NCBI RefSeq assembly: GCF_009914755.1
Contig: NC_060940.1
DNA: 64,000 bases
From: the human T2T-CHM13v2.0 reference genome, Homo sapiens
Reading direction: 5' to 3' (one strand)
In this document: piece by piece, positions 27,801-43,200 of the stretch
How positions within the stretch are numbered: the first letter of the stretch is position 1
Layout: each line of letters begins with the position of its first letter
Made by a program: the position numbers and the translations under genes
The notes under the pieces: model-generated
Told to the model about the DNA's origin: nothing
What the model saw: the letters and a program-made list of their open reading frames with translations, nothing else
Databases searched by the model: none

Positions 27801-30800
27801 TGACTTCATTTGATGATGATTCCTTTCAAGTTCATTAGATGATTCCATTCGATTCCATTTGATGATGATCCCATTCGAGTCCATTCAGTGATTCCATTCG
27901 TTTCCATTCCATGATGATTCCATTCCTTTCCATTCAATGATTCCATTCGATTCCGTTTGATGATGATTTCATTCGAGTCCATTTGATGATTCCATTTGAT
28001 TCCATTCGATGATGATTCCATTCGAGTCCATTCGATGATTCTATTCGAATCCATTTGATGATTTCTTTTGATTATATTTGGTGATGATTCCATTGGAGTC
28101 CATTCAATGATTCCATTCTATTCCAATCAATGATGATTCCATTAGAGTCCAGTTAATGATTCCATTTGATTCCAGTCTCTGATGATTACATTCGAGTCCA
28201 TACGATGATTCCACTCAATTGCATATGATGATGATTCCATTTGATTCCATTCGGTGATTCCATTCTATTCTATTCAATGGTGATTCCATTCGAGTACATT
28301 AGATGATTCCATTCGATTCCATTCAATGATGATTCTATTTGTGTCCCTTAGATGATTCCACATGATTCCATTAGATGATGATACTATTTGAGCCCATCCA
28401 ATGATTCCCTTCGATTCCATTCGATGAGGATTCCATTCGATTCAATTCATTGGTGATTCTATTCAATTCAATTCTTTGATTCCATTCCATTCCATTCGAC
28501 AATGATTCCATTCGATTTCTTTCGATGATTCCACTCGATTCCACTTGACATTGATTCCATTCGATTCCATTCAATGATTCCATTTGATTCCAGTGGATGA
28601 TGATTGCCATCGATTCCATTCGATCACTCCATTCTATTCCATTTGATGATGATTACATTCGATTCCATTTGATGATTCCATCTGATTCTATTCGAGGATT
28701 CCATTTGATTCCATTCGATGATGATTCCATTCGAGTCCATTCGATGATTTCATTCGAGTACATCCAATGATTCCATTCGAGTCCATTAGATGATTCCATT
28801 TGATTCCATTTGAAAATGATTCTACTAGAGTCCATTCAATGACTCCATTCGAGTCCATTCAACAATTCCATTCGACTCCATTCGATGATTCCATTCGATT
28901 CCATTTGATGGTTCCATTCGAGTCCATTTAATCATTACAGTCGAGTCCATTTGGTGATTCTACTGGATTTCTTTTGATAATGATACCATTCAATTACATT
29001 TGATGATGATCCCATTCAATTTCATTTGATGATGATTCCATTAGAGTCCATTCGATGATTTCATTCGAGTCCCTTCATTGATTCCATCCGATTTCATTGG
29101 ATGATGACTCCATTCGAGTCCATTCGATGATTCCACTCGATTCCATTAGATGACTCCATTGGAGTCCATTTGATTGTTCCATTCGATTCCATTCGATTCC
29201 TTTCGAAGATTATTCCATTTGAGTCCATTCGATGATGATTCCATTCCATTCCATTCGATGATTCCGTTTGATTCCATTCGATGATTCCCTTCGATTCCTT
29301 TCTTTGATGATTCCATTCCATTCCATTCAATGATTCCATTCGAATCTATTCCATGATGATTCCTTTCGATTCCATTCGCTGATGTTTCCGTTCAATTCCA
29401 TTCGATGATGATTCCATTCGATTCCATTCATTGAGGATTCCATTTGATTCCATTCAATGATGATTCCATTCTATTCCATTCAATGATTGCATTCAATTCC
29501 ATTCAATGATTATCCCATTAGAGTAAACTCAACGATTCCATTCAATACCATTCGATGATGATTCCTTTTGAGTCCATTCAATGATTTCATTCAAGTCCAT
29601 TTGATGATTCCTTTCAATTCCATTCTATGATGATTCCATTCGAGTCCATTCGATGATTCCATTCGATTGCATTCGATGATTCCATTATATTCCATTCAAC
29701 GGTGATTCCATTCGAGTCCATTCCATGATTCCATTAGAGTACATTTAATGATTGCTTTGTTTTCAATTCGAAGATGATTACATTGGATTCCATTCTATGA
29801 TACCATTCGATTCCATTCAATGATGATTCCACTCAAATCCATTGGATGATTCCATTCGTGTCCATTCGGTGATTTCATTAGATTCCATTTGAGGATGATT
29901 CCATTCGATTCCATTCGATGATTCCATTCAATTCCATTCGATGATGATTCCATTCCAGTCCATATGATCATTCCATTTGATTTCATTCGATGATGATTCC
30001 ATTCGATTCGATTTGACGATTCCATTCTATTCCATTCGATGATGATTCCATTCGAGTCCATTCGATCAATCCATTCGAGTCCATTTAATGATTCCATTGG
30101 GTTCAATTCAATGATGATTACATTGGATTCCGTTCTATGATTCCATTCAATTCCTTTCATTGACAATTTGATTCCATTCGATGATGATTCCATTTGAGTT
30201 CATTCGATGATTCTATTCGATTCTCTTCGATGGTGATTCAATTCTATTATATTGGATGATTCCATTCGATTCCATTTGATGTTGATTCAATTCGATTCTA
30301 TTCGATGATGATTCCGTTGGATTTCACTTGATGATTCTATTCGATTCCATTCAATGATGATTCACTTCTCGTCCATTGGATGATTCCATTTCATTCCATT
30401 CGATGATGATTCCATTCGATTCCATTCGTTGATTCCATTTGATTCCATGCGACGGTGAGCAATTCGATTCAATTCCATGATGATTCTATTTGATTCAATT
30501 AGATGATGTTTCCATTCGAATCCATTCCATGATTATTCCATTGGAATCCATTCAGCGATGATTCCATATGAGTCAATTCAATGATGATTCCATATGGGTC
30601 CGTTCGATGATAATTCCATTTGATTTCATTCGATGCTTCTATTCTATTCCAGTCGATGATGATTCCGTTGGAGTCCATACGATGATTCCATTTGATTTCA
30701 TTTGATGATGATTCCATTCGATGATGATTACATTGGATTCCATTCTATGATTCCATTCAATTCCATTCGTTGATGATTCGATTCCATTCCATGATGACTC

Positions 30801-30999
30801 CATTTGAGTTCATTCGATGATTCTATTCGATTCCGTTCGATGGTGATTCAATTCTATTATATTGGATGATTCCACTCGATTCCATTTGATGATTATTCCA
30901 TTGGAGTCCACTTAGTGAATCCTTTAGATTCTACTCGACGATGATTCCATTCGAGTCCATTCGATGATACCATTCAATTCCATTCGTTGATGCTTCCAT
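24888..30999 (+). repeat. Canonical 6112-bp HSat2 unit
   Basis: Anchor spacing 24888->31000. The ORF series is colinear with 47276-53387 (offset 22388) and 53388-59499 (offset 28500). Confidence 0.95.
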
Positions 31000-33900
31000 T
31001 CAAGTGCATTCGATGATATCATTCGATTCCATTTGATGATAATTCCATTTGATTCCATGCGATGATTCTATTCGATTCCATTCAATGATAATTCCATTCA
31101 ATTCAGTGATTCCTCTGGACTCCATTTGATGATGATTCCATTCAATGATTCCATTCGATTCTATTCGAAAATGATTCCATTTGAATCCATTTGATGATGA
31201 TTCCATTAGATTCCATTTGATGATTCCATTCGATTCCATTCGACGATGATTCCATTCGATTCCGTTTGATGATTCCATTCTATTCTATTCGATGATGATT
31301 CCATTCGATTCCATTCGATGATGATTGGATTCGATTCCATTGGATGATTTCATTTGATTCCATTCGTTAATGATTTCGATCAATTCCATTCGATGATTCC
31401 ATTCGATTCCATTCGATAATGATTACATCCGAGTCCATTCGATGATTCCCTTTGAGCCTGTTCGATAATTCCATTTGAGTCCAACCAATGATTCCATTCA
31501 TTTCCATTCAATGATTCCATTCGAGTCCATTTGATCATTCCGGTAGGGTCCATTCGATGTTGATTCCATTGGAGTGCATTCGATGATTCCATTCGAGTCC
31601 ATTTTAGGATTTGATTCGAGTCCTTTCGATGATTCCATTCGATTCCACTCGATGATGATTTCATTCGAGTCCATTCGACACTTCCAATCGATTCCATTTG
31701 ATGATTCCATTCGAGTCCAATTGATGATTCCATTCAATTCCATTCGATGATGATTCCGTACGATTCCATTCTGTGATGATTCCATGTGATTGCATTCAAT
31801 GATGATTCCTTTCGATTGCATTCGATTATGATTCATTTCGTGTTCATTCTATGGTTCCACAGGTTTCCATTCGTGTCCATTCCATTATTCCATTCTATTC
31901 CATTTGATGATGATTCCATTCGATTCCATTCATTGGTGATTCCACTCAATTCCATTCAATGATTCCATTCCATTTCTTTCAACAATGATTCCATTACTTT
32001 CTAATCGATGATCCACTTGATTCCATTTGACGACGATTCCATTCTTGTCCATTCGATGATTCCATTTGATTCCATATGATGATGATTCCATTCGATTCCA
32101 TACCATGATGATTCCATTCGAGTCCATTCAATGGTGATTCCATTCAATTCCATTCGATGATTCCTTTTGATTCCATTCGATGATGATGGCATTCGATTCC
32201 TTTCAATCATTCCCTTTGATTCCATTCAAAGGTGATTTCATTCAAGTCCATTCGATAATTGAATTCGATTCCATTCTATGATGATTCCATTCGAGTCCAT
32301 TTGATGATTCCATTCAATTCAAGTCAATGATGATTCCATTCGATTCCATTCGATGATTCCACTCGATTCCATTAGATGATTCCATTGGAGTCCATTTGAT
32401 TGTACCATTCGATTCCATTCGATTCCTTTCGAAGATTATTCCATTTGAGTCCATTCGATGATGATTCCATTCCATTCCATTCGATGATTCCGTTTGATTC
32501 CATTCGATGATTCCCTTCGATTCCTTTCTGTGATGATTCCATTCCATTCCATTCAATGATTCCATTCGAATCTATTCCATGATGATTCCTTTCGATTCCA
32601 TTCGCTGATGTTTCCGTTCAATTCCATTCGATGATGATTCCATTCGATTCCATTCATGGAGGATTCCATTTGATTCCATTCAATGATGATTCCATTCTAT
32701 TCCATTCAATGATTGCATTCAATTCCATTCAATGATTATCCCCTTAGAGTAAACTCAACGATTCCATTCAATACCATTCGATGATGATTCCTTTTGAGTC
32801 CATTCAATGATTTCATTCAAGTCCATTTGATGATTCCTTTCAATTCCATTCTATGATGATTCCATTCGAGTCCATTCGATGATTCCATTCGATTGCATTC
32901 GATGATTCCATTATATTCCATTCAACGGTGATTCCATTCGAGTCCATTCCATGATTCCATTAGAGTACATTTAATGATTGCTTTGTTTTCAATTCGAAGA
33001 TGATTACATTGGATTCCATTCTATGATACCATTCGATTCCATTCAATGATGATTCCACTCAAATCCATTGGATGATTCCATTCGTGTCCATTCGGTGATT
33101 TCATTAGATTCCATTCGAGGATGATTCCATTCGATTCCATTCGATGATTCCATTCAATTCCATTCGATTATGATTCCATTCCAGTCCATATGATCATTCC
33201 ATTTGATTTCATTCGATGATGATTCCATTCGATTCCATTCGATGATTCCATTCTATTCCATTCGATGATGATTCCATTCGAGTCCATTCGATGATTCCAT
33301 TCGAGTCCATTTAATGATTCCATTGGGTTCAATTCAATGATGATTACATTGGATTTCGTTCTATGATTCCATTCAATTCCGTTCATTGACAATTTGATTC
33401 CATTCGATGATGATTCCATTTGAGTTCATTCGATGATTCTATTCGATTCTCTTCGATGGTGATTCAATTCTATTATATTGGATGATTCCATTCGATTCCA
33501 TTTGATGTTGATTCAATTCGATTCTATTCGATGATGATTCCATTGGATTTCACTTGATGATTCTATTCGATTCCATTCAATGATGATTCACTTCTCGTCC
33601 ATTGGATGATTCCATTTCATTCCATTCGATGATGATTCCATTCGATTCCATTCGATGATTCCATTTGATTCCATGCGACGGTGAGCAATTCGATTCAATT
33701 CCATGATGATTCTATTTGATTCAATTAGATGATGTTTCCATTCGAATCCATTCCATGATTATTCCATTGGAATCCATTCGGCGATGATTCCATATGAGTC
33801 AATTCAATGATGATTCCATATGGGTCCGTTCGATGATAATTCCATTTGATTTCATTCGATGCTTCTATTCTATTCCAGTCGATGATGATTCCGTTGGAGT

Positions 33901-34225
33901 CCATACGATGATTCCATTTGATTTCATTTGATGATGATTCCATTCGATGATGATTACATTGGATTCCATTCTATGATTCCATTCAATTCCATTCGTTGAT
34001 GATTCGATTCCATTCAATGATGATTCCATTTGAGTTCATTCGATGATTCTATTCGATTCCGTTCGATGGTGATTCAATTCTATTATATTGGATGATTCCA
34101 CTCGATTCCATTTGATGATTATTCCATTGGAGTCCACTTAGTGAATCCTTTAGATTCTACTCGACGATGATTCCATTCGAGTCCATTCGATGATACCATT
34201 CAATTCCATTCGTTGATGCTTCCAT
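31000..34225 (+). repeat. 3226-bp unit (canonical minus 2886 bp)
   Basis: Anchor spacing 3226; chimeric ORF 32314..32565; junction at 32345-32361. Confidence 0.92.
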
Positions 34226-37200
34226 TCAAGTGCATTCGATGATATCATTCGATTCCATTTGATGATAATTCCATTTGATTCCATGCGATGATTCTATTCG
34301 ATTCCATTCAATGATAATTCCATTCAATTCAGTGATTCCTCTGGACTCCATTTGATGATGATTCCATTCAATGATTCCATTCGATTCTATTCGAAAATGA
34401 TTCCATTTGAATCCATTTGATGATGATTCCATTGGATTCCATTTGATGATTCCATTCGATTCCATTCGACGATGATTCCATTCGATTCCATTGGATGATT
34501 CCATTCTATTCTATTCGATGATGATTCCATTCGATTCCATTCGATGATGATTGGATTCGATTCCATTTGATGATTTCATTTGATTCCATTCGTTAATGAT
34601 TTCGATCAATTCCATTCGATGATTCCATTCGATTCCATTCGATAATGATTACATCCGAGTCCATTCGATGATTCCCTTTGAGCCTGTTCGATAATTCCAT
34701 TTGAGTCCAACCAATGATTCCATTCATTTCCATTCAATGATTCCATTCGAGTCCATTTGATCATTCCGGTAGGGTCCATTCGATGTTGATTCCATTGGAG
34801 TGCATTCGATGATTCCATTCGAGTCCATTTTAGGATTTGATTCGAGTCCTTTCGATGATTCCATTCGATTCCACTCGATGATGATTTCATTCGAGTCCAT
34901 TCGACACTTCCAATCGATTCCATTTGATGATTCCATTCGAGTCCAATTGATGATTCCATTCAATTCCATTCGATGATGATTCCGTACGATTCCATTCTGT
35001 GATGATTCCATGTGATTGCATTCAATGATGATTCCTTTCGATTGCATTCGATTATGATTCATTTCGTGTTCATTCTATGGTTCCACAGGTTTCCATTCAT
35101 GTCCATTCCATTATTCCATTCTATTCCATTTGATGATGATTCCATTCGATTCCATTCATTGGTGATTCCACTCAATTCCATTCAATGATTCCATTCCATT
35201 TCTTTCAACAATGATTCCATTAGTTTCTAATCGATGATCCACTTGATTCCATTTGACGACGATTCCATTCTTGTCCATTCGATGATTCCATTTGATTCCG
35301 TATGATGATGATTCCATTCGATTCCATACCATGATGATTCCATTCGAGTCCATTCAATGGTGATTCCATTCAATTCCATTCGATGATTCCTTTTGATTCC
35401 ATTCGATGATGATGGCATTCGATTCCTTTCAATCATTCCCTTTGATTCCATTCAAAGGTGATTTCATTCAAGTCCATTCGATAATTGCATTCGATTCCAT
35501 TCTATGATGATTCCATTCGAGTCCATTTGATGATTCCATTCAATTCAAGTCAATGATGATTCCATTCGATTCCATTCGATGATTCCATTGGATTCCATTC
35601 GATGATGATTCCATTCAAATCCATTTGATAATTCAATTCAAGTCCATTCGATGATGATTCCAATCGAATCCATTCAAAGATTCCATTCAGTTCCATTCGA
35701 TGATTCCCTTAGATTCCATTCGATGATTCCACTTGATTGCATTTACGATGATTCCATTCGATTCCATGTGATGATTCCATTCAATTCTATTCAATGATGT
35801 CTCCATTTGATTCCATTCGACCATGATTGCCTTTGATTCCATTCAATGATTCCATTCGGTTCCGTTTGATGATGATTCCGTTCGATTCCATTTGATGATT
35901 CCATTTGATTCCATTGGATGAGTCCATTCGATTACATTCGATGATTATTCCATTCGAGTGCATTAGATGATTCCATTCGAGTCCATTCGATGATTCCATT
36001 CGATTCCATTCGATGTTGATTCTGTTCAAATCCATTCGATGATTCCACTCGATTCCATTCGTTGACTCCATTTGATCCCATTCGATGATTTCCTTTGATT
36101 CCCTTTGATGATCATTCCATTTGATTCAATTCGGTGATTTCATTTGATTCCATTCAGTGATGTTTCCATTCGACTCCATTCGATGATGATTCCATTCGAC
36201 TCCATTCGATTATGATTTCATTCAATTCCATTCGATAATGATTCCCTTCGAGTCCATTCGATGATTCCATTCGATTCCATTCAACGATGATTTGATTCGT
36301 GTCCATTCGATGATTCCATTTGATTCCACTTGATGATGATTCCATTCGAGTCCATTTGATGATTCCATTCAATTCCATACTCCGATGATTTCTTTTGAGC
36401 CCACTCAATGCTTCCACTCGATTCCATATGATGATGACTCCATTCGATGAAATTCGATGATGATTCCATTCGCTTGCTTTCGATGATGATTCCACTTGAG
36501 TCCGTTAGAAGATTCTATTCAATTACATTCCATGACGATTCCGTTCGAGTCCATTTGATGATTCCATTAGACTCCATTCGACGATGATTCCATTCGATGT
36601 TATTCGATGATTCCATTCGATCTCATTCGATGATGATTCCATTCAACTCCATTCGATGTTTCCATTCGAGTTCATTCTATTATTCCATTAGATTCAATTC
36701 GATGATGATTCCATTCGATTCCATTTGATGATTGCATTCTATTTCATTTGATGATGATTCCATTCGAGTCCACTCGATGATTCCATTCGAGTCCATTTAA
36801 TGAATCCATTGGTTTCAATTCTATGATGATTACATTGGATTCCATTCGTTGATGATTTCATTCGGTTCCATTCAATGATGATTCCATTCAATTCCTTTCA
36901 ATGTTTCCATTCAATTCCATACGATGATGATTCCATTTGATTTGATTCAACAGTGAGCCATTCGATTCAATTCCATGATGATCCTATTTGATTCAATTGG
37001 TGGACATTTCCATTCGATTCCATTCGATGATGATTCCCTTTGATTCCATTCAAAGATGATTCCATTCTAGCCCATTCAATCATTCCATTCGATTCTATTC
37101 AATGATGATTCCATTCATGTCGATTTGGTGATTCCATTTGACTTCATTTGATGATGATTCCTTTCAAGTTCATTAGATGATTCCATTCGATTCCATTTGA

Positions 37201-40200
37201 TGATGATCCCATTCGAGTCCATTCAGTGATTCCACTCGTTTCCATTCCATGATGATTCCATTCCATTCCATTCAATGATTCCATTCGATTCTGTTGGATG
37301 ATGATTTCATTCGAGTCCATTTGATGATTCCATTTGATTCCATTCGATGATGATTCCATTCGAGTCCATTCGATGATTCTATTCGAATCCATTTGATGAT
37401 TTCTTTTGATTATAGTTGGTGATGATTCCATTGGAGTCCATTCAATGATTCCATTCGATTCCAATCGATGGTGATTCCATTAGAGTCCATTTAATGATTC
37501 CATTTGATTCCAGTCTCTGATGATTACATTCGAGTCCATACGATGATTCCACTCAATTCCATATGATGATGATTCCATTCTATTCCATTCGATGATTCCA
37601 TTCTATTCTATTCGATAATGATTCCATTCGAGTCCATTCGATGATTCCATTCGAGTCCATTTAATGATTCCATTGGGTTCAATTCAATGATGATTACATT
37701 GGATTCCGTTCTATGATTCCATTCAATTCCGTTCATTGACAATTTGATTCCATTCGATGATGATTCCATTTGAGTTCATTCGATGATTCTATTCGATTCT
37801 CTTCGATGGTGATTCAATTCTATTATATTGGATGATTCCATTCGATTCCATTTGATGTTGATTCAATTCGATTCTATTCGATGATGATTCCATTGGATTT
37901 CACTTGATGATTCTATTCGATTCCATTCAATGATGATTCACTTCTCGTCCATTGGATGATTCCATTTCATTCCATTCGATGATGATTCCATTCGATTCCA
38001 TTCGATGATTCCATTTGATTCCATGCGACGGTGAGCAATTCGATTCAATTCCATGATGATTCTATTTGATTCAATTAGATGATGTTTCCATTCGAATCCA
38101 TTCCATGATTATTCCATTGGAATCCATTCGGCGATGATTCCATATGAGTCAATTCAATGATGATTCCATATGGGTCCGTTCGATGATAATTCCATTTGAT
38201 TTCATTCGATGCTTCTATTCTATTCCAGTCGATGATGATTCCGTTGGAGTCCATACGATGATTCCATTTGATTTCATTTGATGATGATTCCATTCGATGA
38301 TGATTACATTGGATTCCATTCTATGATTCCATTCAATTCCATTCGTTGATGATTCGATTCCATTCAATGATGATTCCATTTGAGTTCATTCGATGATTCT
38401 ATTCGATTCCGTTCGATGGTGATTCAATTCTATTATATTGGATGATTCCACTCGATTCCATTTGATGATTATTCCATTGGAGTCCACTTAGTGAATCCTT
38501 TAGATTCTACTCGACGATGATTCCATTCGAGTCCATTCGATGATACCATTCAATTCCATTCGTTGATGCTTCCATTCAAGTGCATTCGATGATATCATTC
38601 GATTCCATTTGATGATAATTCCATTTGATTCCATGCGATGATTCTATTCGATTCCATTCAATGATAATTCCATTCAATTCAGTGATTCCTCTGGACTCCA
38701 TTTGATGATGATTCCATTCAATGATTCCATTCGATTCTATTCGAAAATGATTCCATTTGAATCCATTTGATGATGATTCCATTAGATTCCATTTGATGAT
38801 TCCATTCGATTCCATTCGACGATGATTCCATTCGATTCCGTTTGATGATTCCATTCTATTCTATTCGATGATGATTCCATTCGATTCCATTCGATGATGA
38901 TTGGATTCGATTCCATTGGATGATTTCATTTGATTCCATTCGTTAATGATTTCGATCAATTCCATTCGATGATTCCATTCGATTCCATTCGATAATGATT
39001 ACATCCGAGTCCATTCGATGATTCCCTTTGAGCCTGTTCGATAATTCCATTTGAGTCCAACCAATGATTCCATTCATTTCCATTCAATGATTCCATTCGA
39101 GTCCATTTGATCATTCCGGTAGGGTCCATTCGATGTTGATTCCATTGGAGTGCATTCGATGATTCCATTCGAGTCCATTTTAGGATTTGATTCGAGTCCT
39201 TTCGATGATTCCATTCGATTCCACTCGATGATGATTTCATTCGAGTCCATTCGACACTTCCAATCGATTCCATTTGATGATTCCATTCGAGTCCAATTGA
39301 TGATTCCATTCAATTCCATTCGAAGATGATTCCGTACGATTCCATTCTGTGATGATTCCTTGTGATTGCATTCAATGATGATTCCTTTCGATTGCATTCG
39401 ATTATGATTCATTTCGTGTTCATTCTATGGTTCCACAGGTTTCCATTCGTGTCCATTCCATTATTCCATTCTATTCCATTTGATGATGATTCCATTCGAT
39501 TCCATTCATTGGTGATTCCACTCAATTCCATTCAATGATTCCATTCCATTTCTTTCAACAATGATTCCATTAGTTTCTAATCGATGATCCACTTGATTCC
39601 ATTTGACGACGATTCCATTCTTGTCCATTCGATGATTCCATTTGATTCCATATGATGATGATTCCATTCGATTCCATACCATGATGATTCCATTCGAGTC
39701 CATTCAATGGTGATTCCATTCAATTCCATTCGATGATTCCTTTTGATTCCATTCGATGATGATGGCATTCGATTCCTTTCAATCATTCCCTTTGATTCCA
39801 TTCAAAGGTGATTTCATTCAAGTCCATTCGATAATTGCATTCGATTCCATTCTATGATGATTCCATTCGAGTCCATTTGATGATTCCATTCAATTCAAGT
39901 CAATGATGATTCCATTCGATTCCATTCGATGATTCCATTGGATTCCATTCGATGATGATTCCATTCAAATCCATTCGATAATTCAATTCAAGTCCATTCG
40001 ATGATGATTCCAATCGAATCCATTCAAAGATTCCATTCAGTTCCATTCGATGATTCCCTTAGATTCCATTCGATGATTCCACTTGATTGCATTTACGATG
40101 ATTCCATTCGATTCCATGTGATGATTCCATTCAATTCTATTCAATGATGTCTCCATTTGATTCCATTCGACCATGATTGCCTTTGATTCCATTCAATGAT

Positions 40201-43200
40201 TCCATTCGGTTCCGTTTGATGATGATTCCGTTCGATTCCATTTGATGATTCCATTTGATTCCATTGGATGAGTCCATTCGATTACATTCGATGATTATTC
40301 CATTCGAGTGCATTAGATGATTCCATTCGAGTCCATTCGATGATTCCATTCGATTCCATTCGATGTTGATTCTGTTCAAATCCATTCGATGATTCCACTC
40401 GATTCCATTCGTTGACTCCATTTGATCCCATTCGATGATTTCCTTTGATTCCCTTTGATGATCATTCCATTTGATTCAATTCGGTGATTTCATTTGATTC
40501 CATTCAGTGATGTTTCCATTCGACTCCATTCGATGATGATTCCATTCGACTCCATTCGATTATGATTTCATTCAATTCCATTCGATAATGATTCCCTTCG
40601 AGTCCATTCGATGATTCCATTCGATTCCATTCAACGATGATTTGATTCGTGTCCATTCGATGATTCCATTTGATTCCACTTGATGATGATTCCATTCGAG
40701 TCCATTTGATGATTCCATTCAATTCCATACTCCGATGATTTCTTTTGAGCCCACTCAATGCTTCCACTCGATTCCATATGATGATGACTCCATTCGATGA
40801 AATTCGATGATGATTCCATTCGCTTGCTTTCGATGATGATTCCACTTGAGTCCGTTAGAAGATTCTATTCAATTACATTCCATGACGATTCCGTTCGAGT
40901 CCATTTGATGATTCCATTAGACTCCATTCGACGATGATTCCATTCGATGTTATTCGATGATTCCATTCGATCTCATTCGATGATGATTCCATTCAACTCC
41001 ATTCGATGTTTCCATTCGAGTTCATTCTATTATTCCATTAGATTCAATTCGATGATGATTCCATTCGATTCCATTTGATGATTGCATTCTATTTCATTTG
41101 ATGATGATTCCATTCGAGTCCACTCGATGATTCCATTCGAGTCCATTTAATGAATCCATTGGTTTCAATTCTATGATGATTACATTGGATTCCATTCGTT
41201 GATGATTTCATTCGGTTCCATTCAATGATGATTCCATTCAATTCCTTTCAATGTTTCCATTCAATTCCATACGATGATGATTCCATTTGATTTGATTCAA
41301 CAGTGAGCCATTCGATTCAATTCCATGATGATCCTATTTGATTCAATTGGTGGACATTTCCATTCGATTCCATTCGATGATGATTCCCTTTGATTCCATT
41401 CAAAGATGATTCCATTCTAGCCCATTCAATCATTCCATTCGATTCTATTCAATGATGATTCCATTCATGTCGATTTGGTGATTCCATTTGACTTCATTTG
41501 ATGATGATTCCTTTCAAGTTCATTAGATGATTCCATTCGATTCCATTTGATGATGATCCCATTCGAGTCCATTCAGTGATTCCACTCGTTTCCATTCCAT
41601 GATGATTCCATTCCATTCCATTCAATGATTCCATTCGATTCCGTTGGATGATGATTTCATTCGAGTCCATTTGATGATTCCATTTGATTCCATTCGATGA
41701 TGATTCCATTCGAGTCCATTCGATGATTCTATTCGAATCCATTTGATGATTTCTTTTGATTATAGTTGGTGATGATTCCATTGGAGTCCATTCAATGATT
41801 CCATTCGATTCCAATCGATGGTGATTCCATTAGAGTCCATTTAATGATTCCATTTGATTCCAGTCTCTGATGATTACATTCGAGTCCATACGATGATTCC
41901 ACTCAATTCCATATGATGATGATTCCATTCTATTCCATTCGATGATTCCATTCTATTCTATTCGATAATGATTCCATTCGAGTCCATTCGATGATTCCAT
42001 TCGAGTCCATTTAATGATTCCATTGGGTTCAATTCAATGATGATTACATTGGATTCCGTTCTATGATTCCATTCAATTCCGTTCATTGACAATTTGATTC
42101 CATTCGATGATGATTCCATTTGAGTTCATTCGATGATTCTATTCGATTCTCTTCGATGGTGATTCAATTCTATTATATTGGATGATTCCATTCGATTCCA
42201 TTTGATGTTGATTCAATTCGATTCTATTCGATGATGATTCCATTGGATTTCACTTGATGATTCTATTCGATTCCATTCAATGATGATTCACTTCTCGTCC
42301 ATTGGATGATTCCATTTCATTCCATTCGATGATGATTCCATTCGATTCCATTCGATGATTCCATTTGATTCCATGCGACGGTGAGCAATTCGATTCAATT
42401 CCATGATGATTCTATTTGATTCAATTAGATGATGTTTCCATTCGAATCCATTCCATGATTATTCCATTGGAATCCATTCGGCGATGATTCCATATGAGTC
42501 AATTCAATGATGATTCCATATGGGTCCGTTCGATGATAATTCCATTTGATTTCATTCGATGCTTCTATTCTATTCCAGTCGATGATGATTCCGTTGGAGT
42601 CCATACGATGATTCCATTTGATTTCATTTGATGATGATTCCATTCGATGATGATTACATTGGATTCCATTCTATGATTCCATTCAATTCCATTCGTTGAT
42701 GATTCGATTCCATTCAATGATGATTCCATTTGAGTTCATTCGATGATTCTATTCGATTCCGTTCGATGGTGATTCAATTCTATTATATTGGATGATTCCA
42801 CTCGATTCCATTTGATGATTATTCCATTGGAGTCCACTTAGTGAATCCTTTAGATTCTACTCGACGATGATTCCATTCGAGTCCATTCGATGATACCATT
42901 CAATTCCATTCGTTGATGCTTCCATTCAAGTGCATTCGATGATATCATTCGATTCCATTTGATGATAATTCCATTTGATTCCATGCGATGATTCTATTCG
43001 ATTCCATTCAATGATAATTCCATTCAATTCAGTGATTCCTCTGGACTCCATTTGATGATGATTCCATTCAATGATTCCATTCGATTCTATTCGAAAATGA
43101 TTCCATTTGAATCCATTTGATGATGATTCCATTAGATTCCATTTGATGATTCCATTCGATTCCATTCGAAGATGATTCCATTCGATTCCGTTTGATGATT

